Notes: a model not told the origin generated them from the letters alone. Shown: positions 28,376 to 38,256, numbered from the stretch's first letter. The stretch: 45,823 bases of DNA from Bacteroidales bacterium (GCA_003555385.1 PWHO01000023.1:1-45823); one strand, 5' to 3'. Numbers and translations are program-made.

Positions 28376-29110
28376 TTAAATTTTTAATAAATCCTTCATT
28401 GTAAACACTCCCTGTTTGTCTTTCACCCACTGGGCAGCAAGCAATGCCCCTTCAGCGAACCCGCTTCTGTCATGTGCGGTATGTTTGATCTCGATGCTGT
28501 CGATGACCGAGTCGTAGGAAACAACATGTGTTCCTGTTACATTTTCCATCCTGTAGGCCTTAACCGGCAGAACATCCTTTGGATGGGGTTCATCTGCATT
28601 TCCCCACTTGTTTAATCCTTTGCGTGCTTCAATGATATCTCTGGCAAGCGTAATGGCAGTACCACTGGGTGCATCAAGTTTCTGCATGTGGTGGGTTTCG
28701 GTGATCCGCGGGCTGTATCCGGCCATATCTGAAAGCATCCCGGCCAGGTACCGATTCAGTTCAAAAAAGAAATTTACCCCAATGCTGAAGTTGGAAGCAT
28801 AAAACAGCGTTTGCTTTTCTTTTTTGCACAGCGATTCAATGGCCGGTAATTCATTAAGCCATCCAGTTGTACCCGTGATGACCGGTAAATGATACCCGAA
28901 ACACTTTTTAATATTCCCGGGGGCAGCAGACGGGGTCGTAAACTCGATGGCCACATCACAGTCACTCAGATGTTTTCCTTCTGTTTCCCATTGCATTTCG
29001 TTATCAATTACAGCACTGATTACGTGGTTGCGGGCAAGTGCAAGCTTTTCAATTGTTTTGCCCATTTTTCCGTACCCGATCAGGGCAATATGCAGTTTTT
29101 TTTCCATCAT
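28376..29110 (-). CDS. dapB: 4-hydroxy-tetrahydrodipicolinate reductase
   Basis: The Rossmann motif is IALIGYGKMGK, and ETHHMQKLDAPSGTA is the DapB signature. Confidence 0.92.
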   Translation of the reverse strand: MMEKKLHIALIGYGKMGKTIEKLALARNHVISAVIDNEMQWETEGKHLSDCDVAIEFTTPSAAPGNIKKCFGYHLPVITGTTGWLNELPAIESLCKKEKQTLFYASNFSIGVNFFFELNRYLAGMLSDMAGYSPRITETHHMQKLDAPSGTAITLARDIIEARKGLNKWGNADEPHPKDVLPVKAYRMENVTGTHVVSYDSVIDSIEIKHTAHDRSGFAEGALLAAQWVKDKQGVFTMKDLLKI

Positions 29111-29112
29111 AA

Positions 29113-29760
29113 TTAAAACCTGATAGTTACTTTAAGCTGCGGACTTTGCCTTGGAAACACATTATCGGATGGCGAAGGAAGCGGATGGGAGTTCATGCCG
29201 AAGCTGAGTTCTTCACCCACATCAAAGTTCATCAAATGGGCATCCACGCTGGCATCCAGAATATTCAAGAGATACATTGCCGCGGTAAGAATATAAGTGA
29301 TCTCGAGATTTCGCCTGTAAAAATCCATGGCCCTTTCCAGCATGGCGGTGGAGTGCCTGGGGAAATCATCAATTGTGTTTGGGTTCCCGTCCACCCGGGC
29401 AATCCAGGCTTGCCGCCATTTCCGGTATTCTGAACTGTTCATGTCCAGAAAATAGTACAGGGTTCCGAACCCGGCATATATGATGGGAACCTTCCAATAT
29501 TTCTGATTATAGATTTGTCCCATTCCGGGCAGGGTGGCCGAAAGCATGGCCGCTTTGGCGGGCGAGGGGGCAAAGCTTTCTTCCATGTTCAGTTCAGGCG
29601 CCGGCAGTCTTTCCTGATCCTGAACCTGCGCTTTTGCGGGAGAAAGGAAAAAAAGAAGCAGCAGGAGCAAACAGCCCGTCCGGATAAAAGGTTCCCACAG
29701 GACTGTCTTTACTGCCCTGTGGCCTGACGGCTTATTCGTATGCGCAGAATACTTCCACAC
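29113..29760 (-). CDS. DUF5683-family membrane protein (Bacteroidota-specific, conserved between parB and dapB)
   Basis: The motif is AMLSATLPGMGQIYNQKYWKVPIIYAGFG. The start is GTG. Synteny with parB and dapB supports the call. Confidence 0.6.
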   Translation of the reverse strand: MWKYSAHTNKPSGHRAVKTVLWEPFIRTGCLLLLLLFFLSPAKAQVQDQERLPAPELNMEESFAPSPAKAAMLSATLPGMGQIYNQKYWKVPIIYAGFGTLYYFLDMNSSEYRKWRQAWIARVDGNPNTIDDFPRHSTAMLERAMDFYRRNLEITYILTAAMYLLNILDASVDAHLMNFDVGEELSFGMNSHPLPSPSDNVFPRQSPQLKVTIRF

Positions 29761-29777
29761 CTTATTATCAGTTAGCC

Positions 29778-30683
29778 TTATTGTTTTAAGAGTTCTGCGA
29801 TTCGCATCAGATCACGTTCCGACTTGTAACTGATGACAATGGATCCCTTGCCGTTTGTTCTGTTTTTCAGCTGTATCCGGGCGTTAAGCCGATTTTCCAG
29901 GACCTTCCGGAGTTCCCGGTACTCTTTGTGATCCGTTGCTTTCGGTTTTTTGGGTTGCTCTTTCTGCTCCTCGTCTTCCGTGCTGAGCAATTGCTTAATG
30001 ATTTCCTCCAGCTCTCTTACTGATAAATCCTGTGCCAGCACATCCTGGTAAACTTCAAGCTGGGTTTTGGGGTCTTCGATTGATAAAAGGGCTTTGGCGT
30101 GACCGGTGGAAATATGCTCCTGCCGCAGACCGATCTGGATCTCTCCGGGAAGTTTTAGCAATCTCAGGAAATTGGCAATGGACGAACGGCTTTTGCCCAG
30201 TCTTTCGCTCAGTGTCTCCTGGGTCAGCTTATAGTCCTCTATCAATTGTCTGTACCCCATAGCTATTTCGATGGGATTCAGGTTTTCCCGCTGGATGTTT
30301 TCGACAATGGCCATTTCCAGCATGGCATTGTCTTCGGCAACAATGATGTATGCCGGAATATCGGTTAATCCGGCCATTTTGGAGGCCTTCAGGCGTCGTT
30401 CCCCTGAAATAAGCTGTAGCTTATTGTCTTCAATCTTCCGGAGGGTGATTGGTTGTATCACACCCTGTTCTTTAATGGATGCAGCCAGATCATTCAGGGC
30501 TTCTTCATCAAAATCTGTCCTGGGCTGATGGGGATTCACTTCAATGATGTCAATGGGAACTTTGCCGATGGTACCCACCGCAAGCAGGTCTTTCTCCACA
30601 TCATAAACGGGCTGGGGCTCCACGCCTGAATCATCAAGCAATGCGCTTAATCCTTTTCCTAAAGCTCGTTTTTTGGCGTTCAT
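29778..30683 (-). CDS. parB: Chromosome partitioning protein ParB/Spo0J
   Basis: The ParB box is LISGERRLKASKMAG, with an HTH region ETLSERLGKSRSSIANFLRLLKLP. It overlaps parA by 4 nt. Confidence 0.93.
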   Translation of the reverse strand: MNAKKRALGKGLSALLDDSGVEPQPVYDVEKDLLAVGTIGKVPIDIIEVNPHQPRTDFDEEALNDLAASIKEQGVIQPITLRKIEDNKLQLISGERRLKASKMAGLTDIPAYIIVAEDNAMLEMAIVENIQRENLNPIEIAMGYRQLIEDYKLTQETLSERLGKSRSSIANFLRLLKLPGEIQIGLRQEHISTGHAKALLSIEDPKTQLEVYQDVLAQDLSVRELEEIIKQLLSTEDEEQKEQPKKPKATDHKEYRELRKVLENRLNARIQLKNRTNGKGSIVISYKSERDLMRIAELLKQ

Positions 30684-31483
30684 ATATTTACCTTTTTATC
30701 TTCTTCTGATATTCTGGTCATATTGTTCTTCTGCAGTATTTCTCTTGCAAGATTCAGGTGATTCAGCGACCCCCTGGAGTGCGCATCATGCATGATGATC
30801 GTTTCTCCGAAGCTTGGAGCTTCTCCCAGTTTAATGTTGCGATAAATGATGGTGTCAAACACCAGATCCTGAAAGTGCATTCTCACCTCTTCCACCACCT
30901 GGTTGCCAAGCCGGAGGCGGGCATCATACATTGTAAGCAATATCCCTTCAATTTCCAGTTTCGGATTCAGGCGTGACTGTACAATTTTAATGGTATTCAG
31001 TAGTTTCCCGAGACCTTCCAGGGCAAAATACTCACACTGCACCGGAACAATCACCGAATCAGCTGCAGTGAGTGCATTTACTGTTACCAGCCCCAGGGAT
31101 GGTGAGCAGTCAATTACCACAAAATCGTAATCATCTTTGACCTGGTCGATCACTTTTTTCATCATCTTTTCCCTGTTGGGAAGGTTGATGATCTCTATTT
31201 CTGCACCCACAAGGTCAATATGTGCCGGGATCAGATCCAGGTTTGGGGTGGAGGTTTCCAGTCTTATTTTTCTGGGATCTACATCATCGATGATGCTTTC
31301 ATATATGCTGGTCTTTACCACTTTCGGATCGATTCCTACACCGGAAGTTGCGTTGGCCTGAGGATCTGCATCAATCAGCAGGGTTTTGTGTTCAAGCACG
31401 GCCATGCTTGCGGCAAGATTAATTGCAGTGGTTGTTTTTCCTACTCCTCCTTTTTGATTGGCGATGGCAATGACTTTACCCAT
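30680..31483 (-). CDS. parA: Chromosome partitioning ATPase ParA/Soj
   Basis: The deviant Walker A is NQKGGVGKTTTAINLA. The ORF is 267 aa. Confidence 0.93.
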   Translation of the reverse strand: MGKVIAIANQKGGVGKTTTAINLAASMAVLEHKTLLIDADPQANATSGVGIDPKVVKTSIYESIIDDVDPRKIRLETSTPNLDLIPAHIDLVGAEIEIINLPNREKMMKKVIDQVKDDYDFVVIDCSPSLGLVTVNALTAADSVIVPVQCEYFALEGLGKLLNTIKIVQSRLNPKLEIEGILLTMYDARLRLGNQVVEEVRMHFQDLVFDTIIYRNIKLGEAPSFGETIIMHDAHSRGSLNHLNLAREILQKNNMTRISEEDKKVNI

Positions 31484-31564
31484 AACAGAATAACGTTCAA
31501 ATTAACTGATTCGTGTAACAATTGATCTCCCCGGATAAATTCATGATTTTTTTCGGGCCAACTG

Positions 31565-31572
31565 CAAATTTA
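31565..31572 (-). promoter_or_regulatory. Candidate -7 promoter box for the parA-led co-directional gene run
   Basis: The plus strand reads CAAATTTA, which is TAAATTTG on the minus strand. It lies 81 nt upstream of the parA ATG. Confidence 0.35.
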
Positions 31573-31646
31573 CAACTTCTCGATGCTTTAGACTTGTTTT
31601 TTTCTGAAAAAAACACTGTACTGATAACGTGCTTGCTATCAGTGGT

Positions 31647-32450
31647 CTATTCAATACCTTCTTGTGTCCAGTCAATTTCGGAACCCAGCAGGCTATGGGG
31701 AATGAGGTAAATCAGGAGCAGTACAATGGAAGCCACAAGTACCCAGCTCCGGTGTCTCGGGTGTTTAAGTACCTTAATGAGTGCAATCAGCCAGAAAATA
31801 AATGCGAATGCTGTTTTATTGTCAGTGAGATCAGTGCCCCAGGGCCAACCTGTCCAGTAGTCACCAAAGGCATATTTCTGTACGATCGGGCCAAAAACCA
31901 ATCCCCCTAAAACAAATGTGACAAAAGTCCATAAGGTCAGACTGAATGTTTTTTCCCTGAATATTGCCGCCAGGCCGGCCCTTGTGCTGAACAGCATGGC
32001 GGTGAACATTAAGAGTATATGGGGCAACATAGCCCAGCCCGGTACGCTGTCACGGAACCTGATGATGATGGGTTCTTCGGAAAGCATTACCTGGTCATCT
32101 CCTTTTTCCAGGTATATCTGGTACATTACTTTCCCGGCTGCCGGTTGTTGCGGGATATGAGCAATCAGCCGGTCTCCCTCTCTTTTCAGGGGTGCCTGTT
32201 CCCATTCGTCGTGGCTTGGATATCTTTTGTAAATGTAAAACCCACTGATTTCTCTGTCTTCGGCTTTTAGGGATACAGGGGCATCCTCCGGCCGGTCAAA
32301 AGTGCGGATGAGACGGTAGGATATGGCTGATTCTCCCAGTTCTGTTTGGCCTCTGTATGGTTTTGTGGGGCCTGTCATTCGCTGAAAGACAGCACTGGAA
32401 AGGGTAATAACAATGGCAATAATCCAGAAAAGAATGGTTTTCTTATTCAT
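31647..32450 (-). CDS. Hypothetical integral membrane protein: an N-terminal TM anchor, a ~120-aa extracytoplasmic domain and ~5 C-terminal TM helices
   Basis: The ORF is 267 aa with a clear hydrophobic periodicity. I recognise no motif. Confidence 0.6.
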   Translation of the reverse strand: MNKKTILFWIIAIVITLSSAVFQRMTGPTKPYRGQTELGESAISYRLIRTFDRPEDAPVSLKAEDREISGFYIYKRYPSHDEWEQAPLKREGDRLIAHIPQQPAAGKVMYQIYLEKGDDQVMLSEEPIIIRFRDSVPGWAMLPHILLMFTAMLFSTRAGLAAIFREKTFSLTLWTFVTFVLGGLVFGPIVQKYAFGDYWTGWPWGTDLTDNKTAFAFIFWLIALIKVLKHPRHRSWVLVASIVLLLIYLIPHSLLGSEIDWTQEGIE

Positions 32451-32457
32451 AGCGTGG

Positions 32458-35400
32458 TTATTGATTCAGGGTACTTTCTGTGGTGAAATGATTCAGGGTT
32501 CTTGTGTGTTGGATCGCGTCATAAATAAGCTGATGGATATCTGTTCGTATGTTTTCCCTGATCAGTTTCCGGTTGTCCTGGTCGGGATAAGTGCGGTTGG
32601 AAAGAAAAACGAATACCAGGTTTTCAGCCGGGTCTGCCCAGACATAGGTCCCTGTAAATCCACTATGCCCAAAGCTCATCGGGGACGCGCTTTTACAAGC
32701 AGGCCCGGATTCCGGGTCGTCAAGAGAAGGTTTATCAAAACCCAGCCCCCGCCTGTTGTCATTATCCGGAAACTGTACCCTTGTGAAATCTTCGAGGGTG
32801 TTTTTTCGGAAGTATTGCCGGTCACCATAATTACCTCCCTGCAGAAACATTTGCATCAAAACAGCGAGATCTCCTGCATTTGAAAACAGCCCTGCGTGGC
32901 CGCTTACACCACCCAGCATGGCGGCTGCCGGATCATGAACAAAACCCTTTACTACCTGTCTGCGCCACAAAGTATCCTTTTCGCTTGGTATGATGCGCCC
33001 GGAATCAAACCGTTGAAGGGGGTTGAAGCCTGTTACGGAAAGTCCCAGTGGTTTGTAAAGAAAATATTCAGTGAACTGATCCAGTCTCTGCCCGGTAATT
33101 TCCATAACAATTTCCGCAAGCAGAATAAACCCAAGGTCACTGTAGATGTAATCGTTGTTGTCGCGCAGTTCCGACCCGGCAATTTCATGAAAGATCGTGT
33201 CGCGGTAGCTGTGATGCATGAATAGCCCGTCAGCAACCTGTATGTTAAAATCCCCCGAGGCATCTTTCGCATATATCCCCTCAATGAATTCTCCTTCCTC
33301 CATTGTGGACAGGTAAAAAGGGATCCATGAAGTCAACCTTGCCTGGTGAGAAAGCACATCCCGAATGGATATTGTGTTTTTGTCTGACTCCCTGAGCCAT
33401 GGAAGGTAATCTCCCAAAGTTTTGTTCAGGTCCAGCCGTCCCTCGTCAACAAGGCGCATAACCGCAGCTGTTGTGGCTGCGACTTTGGTGACCGATGCCA
33501 CATCATAAAGATCTGAAGGGGAAACAGCCTGTATGCTATCATAAGTATGGTTTCCGAACGCCTTGTTATATACCATCACCCCGTTTTTGATCACAGCAAT
33601 CTGGCATCCGGGGTAGGCTCCCATTCGAATGCCGCTTTCAGCCAGGGAGTCAATGCCGGTGAGTAAAGAAGAGGGAATTCCGGTTTCTTCCGGCTGTCCG
33701 AACCTTATCCTGACAGGTTTCGGACTTACAATGCCTTGCCCTGCAGTAAAAAAAGGCATAGCAGTTACAGGGAGTTTCCCGGTGGTCTGAATGCCCCCAA
33801 AGATGGCCTGGGCAGCTGCATGCTCAAAATTTTCTCCTTCTTCATAGGCCACCACTATGGCTTCAGTATCCAATATCTCTTCCTCGAAAAAAGAAAGGCT
33901 GTAAGGGTTTGCAAACAATGAAAGAATCACATCTTTTCGTCTGGACAGGTTGTGAATCAGGCCGATTGATTCCGGCGTTATTCCATAATCAGATGATACA
34001 AACATACTGTTGTTGTGCAGGGAAACGATCACCAGGTCGTATTTTTCAAGTTCCTGCATCATTTCCAGGGCCCTGTCCGGCGTGTGATTTTTGTCGATGC
34101 CATAGGCAGACACAGGGGCATATTCGTTTAGCATGGCATGGAAAGGGTTGCCAGGCTTTTCGCCAATCGACAGGGCGGCTATGCGACGGTGGTTGAGTCC
34201 TGACAAGGGAATCAGGTTCTTTTCGTTTCGCACCAGGGTAACCGCTGCTTCGGCCAGCCTCTTGTTGAGCAACCTGGCGGAAGGACTGTTCAATTTGTCG
34301 ATCAGCCCGTTGGGGAAAATGTAGTCAAAATCGTCCAGGCCGGCTTTCTCTTTGTAATACAATATTTTCCTGCATCGTTCATTGACCAGTTCTTCAGTGA
34401 TAATGCCATCCTGAACGGCTTTTTTAATTGTCCGGATGGCAGCAGGCACATTTTCAGGTAGCAAAAGAATGTCGTTTCCGGCCATCAGCGCGCGAAGCTC
34501 GAGTTCTCCGGGTTCGAAATAATCAGATACGCCGCGCATATCGAGTGCATCAGTGATAACCAGTCCCTGAAAACCCATGTCATTTTTCAACAGTCGGGTA
34601 ACTGTGTTGTATGAGAGGGTAGAAGCCAGTTTGGCTTCAGGTTCAAGTGAAGGAATTTCGAGGTGGGCAATCATAACCCCGTGAAGTCCCTTGTTGATCA
34701 GCTCCCGGAAAGGGTATAGATGGATAGAATCCAGCTCTTCATAACTTTGGCGTAACAGGGGAAGTGTATGATGTGAGTCTGCATCCGTATCGCCGTGACC
34801 CGGAAAATGTTTGGCAGTGGCAAAAATTCCCGTATCCTGCAGCCCCTGCATGTAAGCCGCTCCTTTTCGGGCAACTTTTTCCCTGGACTCACCAAATGCC
34901 CTGAAATTAATTACCGGGTTGTCCGCATTGTTGTTTACGTCAATTACCGGAGCAAAATTCATATGTACACCCAGTCGTCTCAGTTGTCGACCGATTTCCA
35001 TCCCCATATCATAGATCAGCTGGTCGTCCTCGATGGCTCCCAGTGTCATTTGCCGGGGAAATACAATGGTGCTGTCCAGCCGCATGCTCGGCCCCCATTC
35101 CGCATCCATGGCGATCAATAACGGTGTTTTTGCCTGGCTCTGGATACGGTTGGTCATCGAAATCTGGCGTTGGGGACCTCCCCTGAAAAATGCCACACCG
35201 CCCACATTGTGTTCACTGATCTCACGAACTATTCTGTCGTAATACGCCTCGTTACGGTCTGTATGAACACGTATCATCAGCAGCTGTGCGATACGCTCTT
35301 CAAGGTCGAGTGAGGCAAAAACCGAATCTACCCACGGGGTTGTGTAATCCCGGGTTCCCTGGGGAATTGACAGGGGCAGTTCATTGGTCCGGCTTGCGAC

Positions 35401-35466
35401 CGGCCCCGTGGAAAGAAGAAAAAAGAGAAGTACCAGGTTGGCACAGATCAAAAAATATTTTTGCAT
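32458..35466 (-). CDS. Glycoside hydrolase family 3 (NagZ-like beta-N-acetylhexosaminidase) fused to a serine-hydrolase / beta-lactamase-fold (AmpC/PBP4*-like) domain
   Basis: GH3 blocks are KHFPGHGDTDADSH and GLVITDALDM. The C-terminal domain has the SxxK motif (ASVTKVAATT, Ser658), YSDLGF and HSGFTGT. The ORF is 1002 aa with a signal peptide. Confidence 0.85.
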   Translation of the reverse strand: MQKYFLICANLVLLFFLLSTGPVASRTNELPLSIPQGTRDYTTPWVDSVFASLDLEERIAQLLMIRVHTDRNEAYYDRIVREISEHNVGGVAFFRGGPQRQISMTNRIQSQAKTPLLIAMDAEWGPSMRLDSTIVFPRQMTLGAIEDDQLIYDMGMEIGRQLRRLGVHMNFAPVIDVNNNADNPVINFRAFGESREKVARKGAAYMQGLQDTGIFATAKHFPGHGDTDADSHHTLPLLRQSYEELDSIHLYPFRELINKGLHGVMIAHLEIPSLEPEAKLASTLSYNTVTRLLKNDMGFQGLVITDALDMRGVSDYFEPGELELRALMAGNDILLLPENVPAAIRTIKKAVQDGIITEELVNERCRKILYYKEKAGLDDFDYIFPNGLIDKLNSPSARLLNKRLAEAAVTLVRNEKNLIPLSGLNHRRIAALSIGEKPGNPFHAMLNEYAPVSAYGIDKNHTPDRALEMMQELEKYDLVIVSLHNNSMFVSSDYGITPESIGLIHNLSRRKDVILSLFANPYSLSFFEEEILDTEAIVVAYEEGENFEHAAAQAIFGGIQTTGKLPVTAMPFFTAGQGIVSPKPVRIRFGQPEETGIPSSLLTGIDSLAESGIRMGAYPGCQIAVIKNGVMVYNKAFGNHTYDSIQAVSPSDLYDVASVTKVAATTAAVMRLVDEGRLDLNKTLGDYLPWLRESDKNTISIRDVLSHQARLTSWIPFYLSTMEEGEFIEGIYAKDASGDFNIQVADGLFMHHSYRDTIFHEIAGSELRDNNDYIYSDLGFILLAEIVMEITGQRLDQFTEYFLYKPLGLSVTGFNPLQRFDSGRIIPSEKDTLWRRQVVKGFVHDPAAAMLGGVSGHAGLFSNAGDLAVLMQMFLQGGNYGDRQYFRKNTLEDFTRVQFPDNDNRRGLGFDKPSLDDPESGPACKSASPMSFGHSGFTGTYVWADPAENLVFVFLSNRTYPDQDNRKLIRENIRTDIHQLIYDAIQHTRTLNHFTTESTLNQ

Positions 35467-35507
35467 GGCAGTAACGATGAAACCAGACTGAATTGCACAT
35501 TACCCTG

Positions 35508-35515
35508 CAAATATA
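35508..35515 (-). promoter_or_regulatory. Candidate -7 promoter box for the GH3-fusion gene
   Basis: The plus strand reads CAAATATA, which is TATATTTG on the minus strand. It lies 41 nt upstream of the ATG at 35466. Confidence 0.4.
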
Positions 35516-35596
35516 TAACAATCCTCCTGACGGTCGTCTCTTGTGCGACGGTAATTTAGCGGGTATAAACCATTTGCAGGAACAAGGGCCGGAAAA

Positions 35597-36931
35597 TCAT
35601 AATTTATAAATTTTCCACTTGCCTGTTTTCAGGTACATCAGTGAGCCCAGCCCGAGCATGGTAAAATAAATAACTTCCACAAACCAAACAACGGGTGCGG
35701 AGGCATTGAGGGCAACGGCCAGTATAAAGGCGCTCGACAAGTAAAACGTGATCGATAAAATTTCGATCAGCAAAGCGACCAGGGTTTTTCCCGTTCCCGA
35801 CAGCCCGCTGAAAATAATCATTCCGAAGGCAAAAGCGATCATTGCCAGAGAGGTAACCCGAAGGAGCGGGATGCTTGCCTCCACCAGTTTAGGGTCGGAA
35901 GTAAATAACCCGGCAATTTGTGCCGGCATAAATATATTCAGCTGAATAATGGCGATTGTGATTGACAAGGCAATCATCAGGACTTTTTTGATCAGGGGGA
36001 TTACCTGTTGCGTGTTTCCCTGTCCGATCAGGTTGCTGACAATTGTGTTGGTGGCGGAACTCAAACCCAAAACAGGGATCATGAGCAGCATATAAAAACT
36101 GCGGGTAATATTGGAGGCCGCCAGGGCTGTTTCGCTGATCTGCTCAATCACCATAAAGAAAACAAACCAGGCGGCAAAGGAGAGAAAGTACTGAAACATC
36201 CCCGGGACAGCTACTTTCAGCAGGGGTCGGTATTGTTGCCAGTTTGGACGGTGAAACACGAAAAGACGGCATGTGTAAAGCATCCTGTTTTTATGGGACC
36301 AGTACAAGAAAAACCCGAATGCAACCAGTTCAGCGATATTGGTGGCTACTGCGGCGCCGGCGATCCCCATTGCCGGAAGTCCGAAATGACCGAATATCAG
36401 GATGTAGTCCAGAATAATATTGGTGGCGGCCATCACCGAGGTGCTGAGAATCAGCAACCTTGTTCGGGTAATTCCAGTATAAAAAGCGTTGAACCCCAGC
36501 GTCAGAAACCCGAACAAAAACCCAAACCGCCTGTAATGAAGAAAGACGAGGCTTTCGCTCCAGATCCTCTCTGATTTGAGGAACCATTCCAGGAAAGTGG
36601 GGGCAATATAGGTCAGAAACAGGAAAAGCAGGAATGCAAGGGCGATCAAAAAGTAGATGGCATGGTCGAAAATGCGCCCGATCTGATGCTTTTTACCTTC
36701 ACCGTTGCGACGTCCAATGAGAATCTGGGTGCCGATTGAGAACCCGGCGCCAAGCATGACCAGGCACAGGTAGAAAATCCCTCCGATGGCCGAGGCTCCC
36801 AAAGTAATTTCCCCCAGGCGGCCAAGGAAGGCGGTATCTATGGCAATCATCAGGTTCTGGGCCGTCAGACCCAGGATGATGGGATATGATATCCGCCAGA
36901 TACTCTTATAGGTGTTATTTGCTTCAGGCAT
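35597..36931 (-). CDS. MATE-family efflux transporter
   Basis: The ORF is 444 aa with about 12 TM helices. The N-terminus (WRISYPIILGLTAQNLMIAIDTAFLGRLG) and the internal duplication pattern are typical of MATE/NorM proteins. Confidence 0.8.
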   Translation of the reverse strand: MPEANNTYKSIWRISYPIILGLTAQNLMIAIDTAFLGRLGEITLGASAIGGIFYLCLVMLGAGFSIGTQILIGRRNGEGKKHQIGRIFDHAIYFLIALAFLLFLFLTYIAPTFLEWFLKSERIWSESLVFLHYRRFGFLFGFLTLGFNAFYTGITRTRLLILSTSVMAATNIILDYILIFGHFGLPAMGIAGAAVATNIAELVAFGFFLYWSHKNRMLYTCRLFVFHRPNWQQYRPLLKVAVPGMFQYFLSFAAWFVFFMVIEQISETALAASNITRSFYMLLMIPVLGLSSATNTIVSNLIGQGNTQQVIPLIKKVLMIALSITIAIIQLNIFMPAQIAGLFTSDPKLVEASIPLLRVTSLAMIAFAFGMIIFSGLSGTGKTLVALLIEILSITFYLSSAFILAVALNASAPVVWFVEVIYFTMLGLGSLMYLKTGKWKIYKL

Positions 36932-36943
36932 GCTGTAAACAAA

Positions 36944-38143
36944 CTAATCCACAAACAGAACCAGCCCCTTCAGATATTGTCCTTCGGGGTGAAAAATATT
37001 TACAGGATGATCGGAGGGTTGTGTTAGCTGGTGCAGGATCCTGACGGTTCTTCCGGACTGAATGGCTGCTGCCATTACCGTCGAACGGAACAACTGTATG
37101 TCGACAACCTGGGAACAGCTGAAGGTGAAAAGCACCCCTCCCTCTTGTATTTTTTTTAATGCGGCAAGGTTCAGGCGTTTGTACCCCTGAACGGCTTTAT
37201 GTTTTACATGCTGGGGTTTGGCGTATGCAGGTGGATCCAGGATAATTACATCGTAGGCTTTTTCCATCGCGTTCAGGTAACGGATGGCATCGTCCGTAAT
37301 GGTCTGGTGGATGTCTGCGGGTCCCATATTCAGGGATACATTTTCTTCTGCCAGTGCTGTGGCTTTTGCCGAACTGTCCAGGGAGTCAACCCCGCTTGCT
37401 CCTGCCTTCAGGGCGTAGACAGAGAAACCCCCGCTGTAACAAAAAGTGTTCAGTACTTCCTTCCCTTTGCAATAACCGGCCAGCAGTTTCCTGTTGTCTC
37501 GCTGATCGATGTAAAACCCGGTTTTTTGTCCTCCGTTAATATCCACCACAAAACGATGTCCGTTTTCAAGCACTTCTGTTTTTTCGCATTCCCCGTAAAT
37601 CACTTCTCCGGGGGAGGTTTTTTCCCAAAATGCAGCGGGCAGCGTTTCCCTGCTTTTGTCAAAAATACTGCGTAGTTTTTCCCCGTAGACCTTTTTCAGG
37701 GCTTCGGCGATCTGGTCAATGTAGGCGTAAAGCCCGGTGGAGTGGATTTGAATTACCAGGTGTCCGTCATAATGATCAATGATCAGACCGGGCAGATGAT
37801 CGCCCTCACCGTGTATAAGCCGGTAAACATTTGTATGGGGATTATCGGTAAGACCGGTCAGTTTCCGGAGGTCAAATGCCCTGCGGATTTTCTTCTCCCA
37901 GAAATCTGCATCAAAAGAATCCGGGCGTTCCGGAGCAAAAGCCATAATCCTGACCGCTATGGTTGCATCCTGGTATACCCCGCTTCCCAGATACTCATCT
38001 TTATTGGAAAACACTTCGGCAAGGCAACCTTCGTAAGTTCGACCTTCCATTTTTTTGATCGCTCCGCTGAATACCCATGGATGAAAGCGCCGCAGGGCGT
38101 CATCTTTTCCGGAACGCAATATGATTTTTAAAGCCTGGGACAT
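36944..38143 (-). CDS. rlmI: Class I SAM-dependent 23S rRNA (cytosine-C5) methyltransferase, RlmI-like (PUA-like N-terminus plus MTase)
   Basis: The N-terminus carries LRRFHPWVFSGAIKK. There is a YRLIHGEGDHLPGLIIDHY block, and the MTase motif is VIILDPPAYAK. Confidence 0.82.
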   Translation of the reverse strand: MSQALKIILRSGKDDALRRFHPWVFSGAIKKMEGRTYEGCLAEVFSNKDEYLGSGVYQDATIAVRIMAFAPERPDSFDADFWEKKIRRAFDLRKLTGLTDNPHTNVYRLIHGEGDHLPGLIIDHYDGHLVIQIHSTGLYAYIDQIAEALKKVYGEKLRSIFDKSRETLPAAFWEKTSPGEVIYGECEKTEVLENGHRFVVDINGGQKTGFYIDQRDNRKLLAGYCKGKEVLNTFCYSGGFSVYALKAGASGVDSLDSSAKATALAEENVSLNMGPADIHQTITDDAIRYLNAMEKAYDVIILDPPAYAKPQHVKHKAVQGYKRLNLAALKKIQEGGVLFTFSCSQVVDIQLFRSTVMAAAIQSGRTVRILHQLTQPSDHPVNIFHPEGQYLKGLVLFVD

Positions 38144-38256
38144 ATAGTTGGTTTTAGGTTGGTCGGCGCGGAGGGCCGACAGTTGTTGGTTCTCATGGGC
38201 CAGGGTTCCGGGAGCTGCCTGTGGTTCGGGAAGCGGGCTGGCCTGTTGTTGGTTTG

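Noticed and set aside
31590-31646. Two AT-rich hairpins (GTTTTTTT-CTG-AAAAAAAC and CTGATA-N10-TATCAG) downstream of the hypothetical membrane-protein gene
   Set aside because: The stems are weak (all A-T, or only 6 bp), and the U-tract is not adjacent to the better stem. They may act as a terminator before the parA promoter, but I cannot support that call with confidence.
36008-36574. 188-aa plus-strand ORF
   Set aside because: It is antisense within the MATE transporter gene. Its low-complexity, Gly/Lys/Pro-rich translation fits a shadow ORF.
36945-36953. DnaA-box-like TAATCCACA (8/9 match to TTATCCACA) a few kb from parAB
   Set aside because: It is a single imperfect box overlapping the rlmI stop. 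There is no cluster of boxes, no AT-rich unwinding element and no dnaA/dnaN nearby, so it is not an origin.
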